DNA of 56,697 nt, the filler included, from Sphacelaria rigidula (Eukaryota): NCBI GenBank assembly GCA_964200075.2. It is 3 parts of 3 records of this genome, joined end to end, with 100 filler letters (N's around TTAATTAATTAA, not from the genome) between each part and the next. Parts side by side here need not be neighbours in the genome. Positions count along the whole stretch, not along the records: positions 18,938 to 37,768 come from CAXNAA020000779.1; positions 37,869 to 56,697 come from CAXNAA020000780.1; 1 more part is not named here. One strand, written 5' to 3'. A program made the translations under genes and the position numbers. The notes under the pieces are model-generated. The model saw only the letters and a program-made list of their open reading frames with translations. It searched no databases and was not told where the DNA came from. Shown here one piece after another: positions 34,701 through 47,100 of the stretch. The number at the start of each line of letters is the position of its first letter. Within the stretch, counting starts at the first letter, position 1.

Positions 34701-37141
34701 ATTGTCGCACTTTAACTGATCGCCCAGGGATCCAGACGCGGTCCCAGGATATGTGTTAGTGCCAGTAAATACTTACGGCAAACCTTCTCTCGCGAATTAA
34801 AGTATTAATTTCTACTCGTTTTCCCATAGGTGGTCTTATTGTTAAGAATGCTTGGTTTCTCGTGGGGTTGGTTTGCACACAGACTTTGACGTGTAGATGG
34901 GACTGGACCCGAGGCAGATGTTAGTGGTAAGGCCAGGGTCAGAGCCAGAACGATGACCAGAATGAGAGCTAGAGTGATGACCGATACGAACACATTCGTC
35001 ACCGACTTTGATCCTCCCCGCCTAAATCACACATGTGCAAATACACGCAACATGATCCCGCTGACAACGGCACTGTTACTTCCCCTGAGACTCAGAACCT
35101 GATTGCCACGAGCACAGTTTCTTGAACAGACATTTCTTGTTTCCACCAGCGTTGAATCCGCCAAATTGCTTTAACCGCCATTCCTCATTTTCATGCAGCA
35201 TTTCGCTATCCCCTGATGCCGCAAACAGGTATAATCCCACTTCGCTGTAACTCTTTGAGATCAGGACTAAATTCGTCCAGGTTGATCAGACCTGCAAACA
35301 TTCGGAAGTCGCACCCTTCCCTCCTTACTGTGTCGAGGGTTCGACGTTCTGGTTCTTCCCGCGTTTTTCTGTTCACGACGTCTAGAAACTTCGCCTCTCC
35401 TTATCTACTCTATTCTTGATTTGGGGGAACAACCTGACCATGATTTCTGAGACGGAAGTTCGTGAAAGTCGAAAATTATGAGTCTCAAACTCTCGTCAGC
35501 CGATTCCTTGTCAGCGGGTCGGTGCTGTACCTCAACTGTAGCGCATCACGACCTCATACACAGGGAAAATGCCACGCCTGCGCGGCAGCTGCAGCATCTG
35601 CACCAGAACGCAGGGGATCGGGACCACATGACCCCGGGAAGACAGGAACGCCTCCTCATCAGTTACAGAACCGAAGCGACGGTGGGGGCGGGGGTATCAA
35701 GTCCACATCAGCGGTAATGTCAGGAGGCGTAGACGGGCGAAGCGGCGCTGAGAGAGTAGGAGAAGCGGAGGTTATAGCGAGGAGTGACGCGCATGCCGCG
35801 GGTGAAGCACTATCGGTGGTGCGTCCGACAGACACCTCTATCCTTGGAGACCCTCAGTCGGCCTTTGGGTACTTTCGAGAGCGCCATCCAAGTAGGACTG
35901 CGTTGGAAGAAAACAAGAGTCTTTTGAGCGAGAAGTACACGAGAGCAAAGGTACGAGAGGAGGGTGGGACGAGAAACGCGAGGGATATCTGTGCGTTTCG
36001 CATTCTGATGAAAAGACTGGTCCCAGCGTGAGGTCGCCGACCGAACAGAAAGTAGGTCACGTTCTGATTTGGTGTCGCGAGAGCCTTGAGTTAGCGAACC
36101 GTTCCACTCCTCGAGGCGCTTTGTCGGACTTCAAAAAGGGTTCCTACGCAGGAGATTGAATGTGTGAAACACGCCATGTTCATGGTGTCGCGGGATACTC
36201 GTTACAGTATCAAATAACTTCTCTTTTCCTATCTGTATACAGCAAGCCAACTCGCCAGGCAGAAGCAGGCTCAGATCATTGGACTTATATCGGTCGGCGC
36301 GAAGTCTACGCCAGACCATCTCCGATGAACCAACATACAGCAGTACGTCCTGCATGTTTCTGATCACGCGACCTTCCTCAACGTACACGTATTAACGTCC
36401 CAGGCAATGGGAGAGCGTGTCAATCAGGCTCGGAGCACCATCCAATACCTCAAGAGCACCATAGAGCAGGTGACCAGTAAGAAGCAGTGCTGGTGCCACC
36501 GCGGCCGCCCAACAGCCACGATGCGGCATCACATAGTTTCGATCTGTCGTATACATAATACTTCATTGATTAGCATCGCCTTGTTCGCTTCTACGGCATG
36601 CCAGGGAGTGGGTAGACGAACGACCCCCTGGTCACACCCATAGGTGTACGATGAACCAAAAATACTGTCGCCGTTGTACATGAGCAGGGTACGAAAGTTC
36701 AGCAGCGTAACGGTAGACGTACCGGTGTGACAACAACCCTTTAAGTCAACCCAGCTCATGCCTTACGACTGTCTCGAGCAGCAAGACGGAGCGTACAACC
36801 GGTGAGAGCTTGGTCACCGAGTTTTGTACTGCTATGGTTTTGATGACTGTTGCACTTCCACCAGGGGCAGGACTCAACCGCTACAGGTGATTACTGGTTT
36901 GTTACGAGGTACAATCCTGACTTAATGGATTTGAACCCAACCCCGCCTGCCGCCGTCCCTGTCCCTGTTGATTTGCGATACCTGTCCCTCACAGATCCGG
37001 AGAGAACGTGCCCTTGACGGTTTCATGCAGAGCGGTAGCGAGGATGTAGCAGAGGGTGTCGTAGGGGAGGACGAGGAGGAAGAGGCGAGGTGTAAGGCAG
37101 CGATGGAAGTTGAAAAGCGAGTGTACAAGGACAGTTTTCAG
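25610..37141 (+). CDS. KIF6: Kinesin-9 family motor, KIF6-like; 14 exons, 3'-incomplete at contig end
   Basis: Exons 25610-25762, 26625-26693, 27187-27314, 28327-28444, 28831-29058, 29560-29619, 30044-30286, 31563-31721, 32800-32858, 33929-34133, 34472-34543, 35564-35950, 36404-36469, 36995-37141. All are GT-AG and phase-compatible (2094 nt, 698 codons), with an in-frame TGA just upstream of the ATG. Motifs: P-loop [18 protein letters not shown], switch I NKASSRSH, switch [43 protein letters not shown], and KIF6-type [16 protein letters not shown] and [14 protein letters not shown]. No stop codon is reached before the linker. Confidence 0.95.
26625..26693 (+). CDS. KIF6: KIF6-like exon 2 ([23 protein letters not shown])
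   Basis: ttgcag acceptor, CAG|gtgaga donor, FKFD motif. Confidence 0.9.
26831..27099. mobile_element. GAG-terminated MITE in KIF6 intron 2
   Basis: 28-bp TIRs gagcaatgctacggtaggggttgcactt / aagtgcaacccctaccggagcatcactc; flanks agat / ggat; internal hairpin ~26973-27022. Confidence 0.8.
27187..27314 (+). CDS. KIF6: KIF6-like exon 3 (P-loop)
   Basis: [42 protein letters not shown](R). Confidence 0.95.
27474..27843 (-). mobile_element. tRNA-derived SINE in KIF6 intron 3
   Basis: Minus-strand A box tggctcagttgg, B box ggttcgattc and (CA)n tail; 3'-end fragments also at ~16120-16206 and ~46553-46612. Confidence 0.82.
28327..28444 (+). CDS. KIF6: KIF6-like exon 4
   Basis: [15 protein letters not shown]...[10 protein letters not shown]; donor gtaaga. 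Confidence 0.95.
28831..29058 (+). CDS. KIF6: KIF6-like exon 5 (switch I)
   Basis: GFDLLDP...[13 protein letters not shown]; donor gtaaga. Confidence 0.95.
29560..29619 (+). CDS. KIF6: KIF6-like exon 6
   Basis: [20 protein letters not shown]; donor gtgaga. Confidence 0.9.
30044..30286 (+). CDS. KIF6: KIF6-like exon 7 (switch II)
   Basis: [12 protein letters not shown]...[33 protein letters not shown]. Confidence 0.95.
30908..31333. mobile_element. hAT-like MITE of the same family as 16658-17034, in KIF6 intron 7
   Basis: cagaggtctacacg...tacatctctg; TSD aaaaatgc / aaaaatac. Confidence 0.82.
31563..31721 (+). CDS. KIF6: KIF6-like exon 8 (end of motor domain and neck)
   Basis: [31 protein letters not shown]...AFLK. 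Confidence 0.93.
32103..32480 (+). mobile_element. Second tRNA-derived SINE family, in KIF6 intron 8 (3' end approximate)
   Basis: A box tggtgtaatgg, B box ggttcgattcc; central segment homologous to the SINE at 27474-27843. Confidence 0.7.
32800..32858 (+). CDS. KIF6: KIF6-like exon 9
   Basis: [19 protein letters not shown](R); tcag acceptor, gtcagt donor, phase fits exon 10. Confidence 0.85.
33929..34133 (+). CDS. KIF6: KIF6-like exon 10
   Basis: [17 protein letters not shown]...CFSVFKNMV...SDAE; donor gtgcgt. Confidence 0.85.
34472..34543 (+). CDS. KIF6: KIF6-like exon 11
   Basis: [24 protein letters not shown], resembling the KIF6 QRDNEINILVNMLKK motif. Confidence 0.9.
35564..35950 (+). 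CDS. KIF6: KIF6-like exon 12
   Basis: Low-complexity linker, then [30 protein letters not shown]. Confidence 0.85.
36404..36469 (+). CDS. KIF6: KIF6-like exon 13
   Basis: [22 protein letters not shown], coiled-coil-like. Confidence 0.88.
36995..37141 (+). CDS. KIF6: KIF6-like exon 14 (last visible)
   Basis: IRRERALDG...[22 protein letters not shown]; donor gtaact. Confidence 0.88.
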
Positions 37142-37400
37142 GTAACTTACTCGTACTTGTTGACACAGGGGAATGTTGCGGACAAGTAAAAAACAATTGT
37201 GTGGGTGTCGCTTGGCTCTCAGGAGGGGTTGGCACGGCAGGGAAGCATCCATTCGTTCCACAAGTTGCCAACACCTGTATCGCGGCCGTGTGTCATCGAA
37301 CACACGGAAGTGTGATCAGAGTTGACGTAATTTGTAAGGTGGGTATAGGGCTTCGTATGGCCGGTAGTCAGGCACCAAGATCAAGTGTCACTACCGTGCC

Positions 37401-37490
37401 TGTGACGGTTTAAGAGACAACCAACTAGACTACTGACCAGTGAGCGCTGACTGGTCAGTAGTCTTGTTGGTTGTCTCTTAAACCGTCACA
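37401..37490. repeat. 41-bp-arm inverted repeat (1 mismatch, 8-nt loop) in KIF6 intron 14
   Basis: tgtgacggtttaagagacaaccaactagactactgaccagt-gagcgctg-actggtcagtagtcttgttggttgtctcttaaaccgtcaca. Confidence 0.95.
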
Positions 37491-37768
37491 AAAGTTAGTC
37501 GTGGGCGCTCAGTCCCCGTCACTTTCACTCCTTGGAGGGGGACGTCCCTTGCCAGCGCTGGATCGACTGCCATCAGCACCTCTAGTGTTGTCGCTTCCAC
37601 CATATCCTAGAGTTACTCGTCGCCCCCACTCAATTCCAGAGTGTGTGTGCACTGGGGTTCATAGCAGTAAACTCCAAACATAGCCACCAGGCTATACCCC
37701 ACCCTTTTTCTTTGGGCCAATGTTTTACAGAGGTTTACTCTCCTCGGGGCCAATTTTTTACCGAGGTT

Positions 37769-37868
37769 NNNNNNNNNNNNNNNNNNNNNNNNNNNNNNNN
37801 NNNNNNNNNNNNTTAATTAATTAANNNNNNNNNNNNNNNNNNNNNNNNNNNNNNNNNNNNNNNNNNNN
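37769..37868. other. Artificial contig linker
   Basis: Identical 100-nt structure. Confidence 0.97.
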
Positions 37869-38699
37869 TTTTTTTGTGTTTTTTGTGTGTTTGTTTGTTG
37901 TTTTTCTTTCTTTGCTTGCCTTAGTCGTTTGACCATTGACCAAAGAGGGGGCGAGGGGGTAGCATACGACCCACGTTTGCCCCTGATAGTCAGGTATGGA
38001 ATAATAAAAAGCACAGGATAATAAAAAAGAACAAGAATGGAACTGTAAGTAGTTCAAAGAAAGTAAATGCAATAAACGTGACTCAAACTTCTGCATGACC
38101 CGATGCGCTTACTGATGACTCCGGGTACGTCAACGCGGAACGTCATCCCGGGTCCGTCAACCCCCGGACTGCCATCCTCTAATTACCAGTCCGGGCTATG
38201 GTCATGCTCCTAGCTCAGGGCGTCCGTCACAACGCCCACCGTCTGTCACTCTTATCTCAACCCAAGCCTTGCTTGCAAAGCTCGTCTTGTCCAAGTCCAC
38301 GTGGCGTCCCTAGACGCACCGTTCCCTTACACCGGGTGAGATGTCATAACCAACACACACACAAACACGCACGTACCCACGTCTCGGGCAAGATGAATCG
38401 CGGCCGGTGTTCACAGGTCTATCTTACACTGGTGTCGACGGTAGAACAATGTTTCTTCACGGTTTAGACTTCGAACCTGCTGAAACTATGTCCGGTGCTG
38501 AGGACGCCCAAGGCTACAGGGAAGAAGACGCTGCCGAAGACACCAATTCCCCATTGTCACCACCTTCCACTCCTACTTCTCAGCCCGCCCCACCAAATTC
38601 GCCAGCGCCCTCATCTACTCCCTAAGTGCCGCCGTCTTCCACCCGCGACGAGGCCATCAATACTTCGTGGATGACAGTACAACGGGCTTATAGCCGCGT

Positions 38700-39285
38700 C
38701 AACGCCGGCGAACAAACACACCAGAGATCTCCATCCACATCGCCAGCTCTCCACCCAATTGGTAAGCATGTCTTCTCACGTACAACGTAGCGAGAGCGGC
38801 TCAGTAGACGCGCTTGCTGATAGGTTATCCCACTGTCACGTCTGATCCGCATAAAAAGGCATGTGATATCACCCCTGCCGACCTGAACCACTGTCCGCGA
38901 GTCACTGGTACTGTACCATTATTAACGGTACAGTATTAGCGATCTCCCGGAGGCTCTAAGTAACTACCGCATCGCGGTTGGATTCAGGGCCGAGTGTTTC
39001 AGGCAAGCATTTGGCCTTCATGTGTTAATTGCTCAGAACCTCCGGAACATCGGCAATTTTACTAGTCGTACAGTATCAGTAACTCGCGAACACTGCTTTT
39101 CGTCTGCAGGGGTGATACGACATACCCTTTTGTGCGGGTCAGACATGACAGAAGATTAAGTTACCAGCAAACGCGTCAACCGAGCCACTCTCGCTACGTT
39201 CTACATGGGAATAAGACATAGTTGCCAATTGGGTGGAGAGCTGACGGGTGTGGATGGGGACCTCTGGTATTTCGCCAGCGTTGTC
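38700..39285. repeat. ~590-nt imperfect foldback (probable old MITE or foldback element)
   Basis: The arms pair along their length (e.g. cagctctccacccaattgg / ccaattgggtggagagctg), centred near 39000. Confidence 0.85.
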
Positions 39286-41050
39286 ACGCCTTTTTGGCGA
39301 CCTACTGGCGAGGATATCGTATCAAACCCCGCCTCACGGGCATTTGTGGAGAAGTCCCCGATAATCGACACCTCAATTTTTTCACATAAACATGGGTGAA
39401 TAATGAAAAATCGCTAAGAAGGTGTCGTGGGTGATGAACATTTATGGGAATACTCTACACACTACCACCGTTGTAGCTCATCGTGAGTCCCTTCCGTTAT
39501 TACCGGTTTGCACAAGCTTGGAGAGTAAGTTGTCGTCGTGGTTGTTTCGTAATTTTTTCAAAGTTGTCGCAGGAGATGGTTTTGGTTGGGGATCGTCTTC
39601 AACCACCGGTGTTCAATAAAGCCAAGCCAACAAATAGCAGCTTGTAAGTGTTTCCACAAGTGGTAGTAGGTATGAGGCATGTGCTTGAGGAATAACGTGT
39701 AGTGAACACACAGATTGGAAAGAGAGAGAAAAATAGGGGAAGAAACGTGAAAAGGATAAATAATGTGAATATCTGCCCTCCGGGGTGGGAGGACCGGGGG
39801 GAGGGCGGGGGGATACATATATAGGTGTGTGGAATACCATCGTGTACACTTCCACGTCATTTCATCACAAACAATTCATACATGAGTCGTTGACACGTTG
39901 AGGAAATTGTCAGGCAGAGACACATTAGCTACAACGTAAATTTTCGTTTCTGATCAACGACACGCATGGACATCCGATAAGAACCCTCCTCATTTCCGTA
40001 ATATACTCGAAATGTTTCGCCTATAATGCATCACTCTAGGAAACAGAATATCGGAGCGAACCAGGTCGAAACCGTGTTTGTCAGGAATTAACGATACATC
40101 CCAGTTTCCTGCAGTTTTGACCCGAACAATGCACTATTAATGTTGAGTCAACGCACCCTGAAAAAACGTCCAAGACCTTGCTTGCGGGAGCAGTATATGT
40201 CGTGTCTAATTTTTCAGTACGGTTGCATCCGGTCAAAGTTAGAAAAAGGAACTCATCAAATATGTATGATGGGCAACGAAAAAAGAGGCACCAATTTCGA
40301 ACAGCCTGCTTCAACTTCGCCGGATGCTGTCGAATGGACGAACTAGACACGGCAGCATACGATCCCTGCGAACGAGTAAGGACCTCGATTTTCGTTTGGG
40401 GCAGTGATTTCGCTGTATAGTCTCCCATTCAAACCAACCGTAGGATCCAAAAGGTGGTCCAGGATCTGGTTGAGATACGAACATGCCAGGTGCGCCATTT
40501 TTGTCTGTACTCTCAAATACCGGACAGACAACGCCTACAGGAAGGATACCTGACGTTTATGGTTCTATGGTCTCCCTCGGTAACCGAATAATGATCCTAA
40601 TTCGATTTATAAATATGTATGAATATGTATGTAAAAAAGAAAAACATCACGGTCGGGCGAGCTACACAGATGTAGCGTGGAGATACATCACGACGTTTTC
40701 TCGTCTTTTTTATTTTTTCCATTTTTATCGTGATGAGCTTTCAGCCCCCCCCCGCCCATCCCCCCATCCCCCACCCTCGTCGGGACGAGTACGTTGTCAG
40801 CCCCGACGGACCAAGTCATCTCACCTCTCAACCGGCACTGCACCTACCTTACCCTTCACTATCAAGCATTGGATCACGACTACGCATATCAACCAGCATT
40901 CGCGCGACTCCTCGCTTTTCACCATGTTCGCCACATCGCATCGTAACGGGGCACTTTCCAACACCAGCATCAAATTTGGGACCACGCATAGATAGATCAA
41001 TCATAGTGCCAAAAAATAAAAATATGCTGCCGATTATTGTTGTCGCTCGC

Positions 41051-41191
41051 CTGTCCGTACAAATTGAAGCCCCAGCACGTAACCTCCCCCGAGTCTAACA
41101 ATACGCAAGTGTGGCTCTGACCGGCGCAGACGCCTTGAGCGCCGCGTCCGGCGAGATCCACCCGCGGCAATTCAGACCCCATTTCGTCCGC
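41051..41191 (-). CDS. RCC1-repeat gene exon 3
   Basis: ADEMGSELPRVDL...AGQSHTCVLLDSGEVTCWGFNLYGQ; ccag acceptor, probable GC donor CAG|gcgagc. Confidence 0.9.
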
Positions 41192-44100
41192 CTGGGTGAA
41201 AACAAAAGACAAAGCAAAGGCAAGAGAGAGGCGTGGAGAAATAAAGCACGGGATCGTGTTGTTTATGCCGGAGGAGAGATGGATCGATGAACCGCTCGAG
41301 GCAGACAACGGACACGTCTCGGGGAAGGGAAGGGAAGGAATCGAAAGCGTGCCAAATTCATTAAAATAAAAAGTTTGTTTGGTACTTCTTACTGGTGAAT
41401 GAACATATCTTTGCCCTGACGACTACGATCAATTTCTGCTGTTTTTGGCACAATGCAGGTTTGATGGATGCGTCGTCGTCCTATTTTTGTCATACAATAC
41501 TACACATTCGCCAAAATGCGGGATTGTCATACTCACGCACGCATGAAAGGTGCGGAAAATGATATACACGCTGTCAATCACCTCGATGTCCCTCGTACGT
41601 GCACACAACAGCGGTGCAGCCTATATATGTCGGCGGCGACAGGTACACGCCACAAAACTATCGCTAGTACTGCCCCACGCGGTGAGTACTTCCACAGTAC
41701 TTCAACAGTAGGGATGAACGACAATTTTTTGGGTAGGGGTGCTGGATTTAGACGCCCGCCGATAGTGATAGATAAATGACACACTGGTATAGAAAATCCA
41801 AGTGGCGCTGAACGTGAGACCGTTCTCTCGCAGGCCAACATTACAAAACATGAGATGTGCCATAGCTTTAGTAACACAGTGGCAGGATAACCTCCAGGAG
41901 AACCTGCGTGCACTAGGAACCGTCCCGCACAAAGGATCACGACGGAAATGGTTCGTATACGGTGTAGAGGTTGACGATGCATACGATTGGGTCACTGCAG
42001 CGAAGAAGAAGGGCAAATGGCGTATTGGAGTCGTGAAAAGGAGCGGCAGAGTCTGAGGATATGTGGCGACGCGCGGACAAACGAGAATCAGACCGCCGTC
42101 ACAACGATTGACAAATTTAACCCCTAGACCGCAATGCGGGTAGTCCATCTGGATCACGCGTACTTTTTTCAAGCGAATATTGATGCCGATTCAGCAAGTG
42201 ACCTACTCTCACGGTCGAGCTGCTTTATTTTTTGGTGCCGCCACTTCCAGAGACAGCCATGGCTTATACACACACTGCCTCATGGGTGTCTCACGGGGGG
42301 GGGGGGTATAGAGCAACACGTTTGACGACACACGAGCGATGCATCGCATAAATGATCATGAATGATGACTATTTCCTCTCAACAGGTAAAAAACAGGAAG
42401 AGACAAATCTTGGTGATGTAATCCTAGAATATGGTCCATCTATTTGATCTTCCGGTCAAAAACAATACAAGATAATGCCACAATGGTTGCGAATCTGAAT
42501 CCTCACACACCAGAACTTTTCGAACGTACTGCACTCGGAACGGCTGTGTTTAGTCTGTCATCCACAGATCTTCTGGAGTAGACAACAAAACCAACAACTG
42601 TACACATAAGTATAGGCCTCCTCACCTCATCGCCGTACGTTTCGTTGTTCCCGGACCCTAGTTGTCCGTGTGCGCCGAAGCCGACTATCACCGACAATGT
42701 TGGGGAAAGAGTTGACACCACTTCTGAGCTTCCCCCGCCAAAACAGACCAAAGAATTGTCGCCGAGGATCATGCACCTGTGAACGACAGGCAGTGTTTTG
42801 TACAAACCAAATTCAAGAAAAGGAACGGGGAAAGCGAAGAAAAATAAAGGACTAAAATGAGGGAAGCGTTGTTTCAGAAATCTTCTTCGGATGCAAATCT
42901 GTTCATGTTCTTCGATGAAAAGCTAAATGCGGGCGATTCGAGACTGTGCTCGTCTCGGAAAATCAGTGAAGATTGCTGTTCATAGTTTTAAATTGCTATT
43001 GCCGCACGACACGAAAAAAAAGGAATGGATGGAGAGAAAGAGAGAAATAAAAGTAAAGTAGAAATAAAGTAAAAGCAAAAGCCAAAATGTAAATAAAACA
43101 AGAAATAAACAGATGAAAAAAAAAGAGAAAAGGCGAAACAAACGTTATTTTTTTCAAACAGAAACAAAAACATAGAGGCAACGTGCGATGCAGTCGTGGG
43201 GTCAACTGTCGTTGACAGCAATTAACAACATTATGCTCCAGAAGACGGACTAGCGGGGGTACTGTGTGCTGTGCCGGTTGTCTAGCTCCAGAACCTGGGC
43301 CTGTGAATGTGTGACAGAAGTGTGCGGCACACACAGGGTGCGACAGTCATCCCGAGAGTGACTCTAGTTGGGGACCAGACAGGAAGCTGCTGGTCGCGAG
43401 GCTTGACCAGTCCTGGAGGATGTTCCCTATTATAGGGGGCCGTGCTTTCCACCAACAAAACAAAGCAAACCCAGACTTTCGCAAAAAAAGGTGACCACTC
43501 TCTTCCTGGAAAACACCGGTGAGAATAAACAGACAGGCAACGTGAAGTGTTGCAAACTGGGATAAATTGACAGGGAATGGTATCGTACCAAAGTATCTCA
43601 CGTCTGGAATATCGTAGGAGGACACGAGACGCCTAAAACCGACCTGCTCCACGAGCTTTTTTGCTTTCCTGCCGGAGGTGACTATACAAGTCGATTCCGA
43701 TTTCCCTCTTTGGATTCTGAATAATAGAATTTATATGCGGAGTTCTCCATAGACCAGTTCCAAAGTCAAACCTAGTCAACACAAGGAGCGCAGGGCATAG
43801 CCGGCAAAAACCCGGTGGGTAGTACACCCGGGCGTAGTATAGGTGCAAAGATACAACCATGCGATTTTCATTAGTATGTTATAAATATTCAAGTATGTTA
43901 GTGATCTTCGGTCCTTGATTTTGGTTTGATTTCCGCTTGGCTTCGCTTGTCGAGTGAGGGCCTTGGGTTCTATCTGCATTAGTCCGAATGGTCGCCTACG
44001 GCACCAGTTCTTATGGGGTTGGTATCATTCATTTTTTTGTATCGGGTCTGTGTTGATTCATCTGGGTCCAATTTTGTTGTTAGTTGCTGCCCTTGTATCT

Positions 44101-47100
44101 TATTTTGAGTAGTTAGCCTGTGGCCACGGAAGGCGTTCGCATCAGATGCCCAGTACGGAAGTAATAAGTACTGCGCAGATATCGGAACGGCTCTTCATGT
44201 GAGGACAACAACAACAACAACAACAACAACAATAATCAAAACTATCAAAATGGCCCGGTTAATCCCCACAAGCCTGTTTCCTTAAATATGATTTCCTTGG
44301 AAACACGCATGGTTGATCTGTGAAGCTTCCTCCGTCGAACCGAGAATCCATCCTCTCCCGGGCTCAACAAGGACTCCCTCTCTGGCAACCCCTGGATTGC
44401 CCTCGGATTGTCAGTCTATGATACTGTTCCGAGATGAGGCTGGCAGTCAAGGGGTCAAACTCTAAGCCCATCGAGCACGAAGATTTCGGGGGGTACTTAC
44501 TGCAGGAGCAAAGAGCGGTCCATTACAATAGTCAAATGAACCGCTGCGCGGTCAGGGTTCACATGTCGGTCCAACGGGGAAAACTGTATAGAGACGAAGA
44601 GTCGGCATAGTGCGTCACAACCCTCAACTCTCATTTTTCCGAGAGGGTAATATGTACCAGTTCTTCAAAAGTTGCCGAATCCACCATGCGCATTCGTCAT
44701 GCGAAAATAAATAAATTATAAGTGACACAAATTTGAAATACTCTAATATCTAAGGGGTTCATTTCTCAAGGCTCAAAAAAGCGGACAGGAGTGAAGACGG
44801 TATAATGGTAGAAGAGCTTTGCACGCGAGGCGGCCGAAACCCACCTAGATTAGATGGCTGTCTCATGTTCGAACCAAAATATAAAAACAAAAGACTATGT
44901 TGTGAGTGCCCGCATACAAGAATCATTGCACTTTTTGACAGCAACTTTGCTTGCGAAAGTGTCCATCGTGGGCCAACAGCCGGCCGTGAGAGTTCGCACA
45001 CTAGGTGGACACTAGGTGGACACTAGGTGGACACTAGATAGGTTTAATATAAGTAGCATGTGCGCTAATAGGCGCACACGAGTGGCTCATTGGCACAAAG
45101 TAGCACAGCGATTACCATTTTTTGGAAATACCGTCGATACTCTCTCAACACGGCTTTCCCGCAGATCAAACTTCGTGCAAAAACCCTTAATGCATGTCTC
45201 GACACGCTGGTGCACTAGGTTCCACATCAAACATCAACATCGACTTGTACTGGAATACCTTGTGGGTGATGACCAAGACCATCTATACAAACCTCAGTGA
45301 CATATTGCGTGTAGATATGCTCTCTTCGGGAGGTACTGTACGTCCATACCTGCACAGCTGACGTCGCAACGCGCTGAAATTTCGTGACGTGTCATGTCAA
45401 GCACAACCAGTTAGTACGTATCACTGAATCTGGGGTTGCGTGTTGCAGCAGCACGCAACGGGGCCATCAGAGGTCGGATTTTGTTCAGAAAAAAAACGCT
45501 TTTTGCGCAAGACTGTTGAACAGAACTACCGCTTGAGGAACAAATCTGCACGTCTTGTGCATTATTATGTGCAATACTTATCATAGTATAGTTATCGCAG
45601 TACAATACAGTGTGGTATATCGTGACGGGGGGAGGGGGAGGCGGGGTGGCGAGGTTATGGTAGTCGTGAAGGGATGGGGTACAATAGTAGGCTAGTGTCA
45701 ACAGAGTTAGAGTTGCGGCATTCTGACAAGCATCAAGCCGCGAACAAGGCTGGAAATACTCTGCTGTCGATGTCGACCACATTGTTAATTTTGGGGAGAC
45801 GAGAAGCCGACAGGCCTTCCGTGGCCAACAATCCGTAAAAATGAACACTTTTGACTGGGATTACGTCATATGTGCCCAGGGTAAGATATGTACAGTATCC
45901 TGGCTTACCTGTATTTTTCAGGGTATAATAATTGGGAGTACCTAGTACATCAGGATACGCACACGTATCGACTATCGAGAATACTCTGATTTTTAGGGAT
46001 TCTCAGGGTGTCGACAGCGAAAAATTCTCAGCATCGTAGAATACCAAGGGTATTTGCAGACATTCGAGTGCCTTAGGGTACTTGCTTCTCGGAATACCTC
46101 ATGCGTTTTCCGGAGTACTGAGTACACGTACTGAGTGCTTCAACTATGCCCAGGGCATCGATCGTCGAATATAGTCAGTACTCTGGGTACCACGGGTATC
46201 CACTCCCCGAAATAACCTGTGCTGTACGCAGAGTACCGACTATGTGGACTGAGTATCCGCGGTACTCAAGATACCGCCTGCCTAAAATACTCTGCATTTT
46301 AGGGGACCCAGGATCCCAACTGCCGAAAATAGTCAGCATGCCAGGGTACCGACCGCGCAAACAACTCAGGATTTCAGGTCATCCAGGGTATTGGTATCCC
46401 ACTACAAAAATATCTAGTGTTCTAGGGTATATACCCGGTACTGGATCATAATCTGTTCTGGGCACCTACGTAGCAACATGATGTTTTGATTCTTGGCTGC
46501 ACAATACTGCCCGGTTTTGTACTCCTATTTTTTCCACTATTTGGCACAATTTACCGGAAGGTGTACACTGGCGTCCAGAATAGATAGGGACCATGACGCA
46601 ACACACACATTTGGCACAACGAAAGTAGGATTTTCCCGAGTTGTAGTTCGAATTTTGCATTTGGCTGGTTGATGCTCCAAACATCACGTTGGGGTTGAGA
46701 ACGGCGAAAGGTTTGGCGTGAGTGTTGTGAACACATGTAGATTCTGATCAGGGAGGGGTCCGCAGTTACCACTACTTCACGTCGTGCACCGCTGCAACGT
46801 GATAGATACACACAGGTGGTAAAAAAATCTCCCTATTATACCAGCGAACGATCGACGGTCAACGGATGAGTACACGAAAGTGTTGTCCAGCACGACAGGA
46901 ACTGGGCCAGCCTGAAAACGAGGTTAGCCCATAGACAGCGAACTCCCCTCAGATGGACTTGAAGAACAATAAGACATTTCGGGGTTCACAACAGCTATTT
47001 TCTCACTACACCGAACGCCCTTTGTCTGAACATATGAATGTTGAGCACCTATCTATTATATAGAAAACAATTCCGGAGAACCCCTGATCGATTTTGACCC

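Noticed and set aside
37869..41050. Missing KIF6 3' exons or further RCC1 exons
   Set aside because: I found no exon with the expected sequence. The minus-strand block ~40300-40535 has an acceptor-like site but no RCC1 motif.
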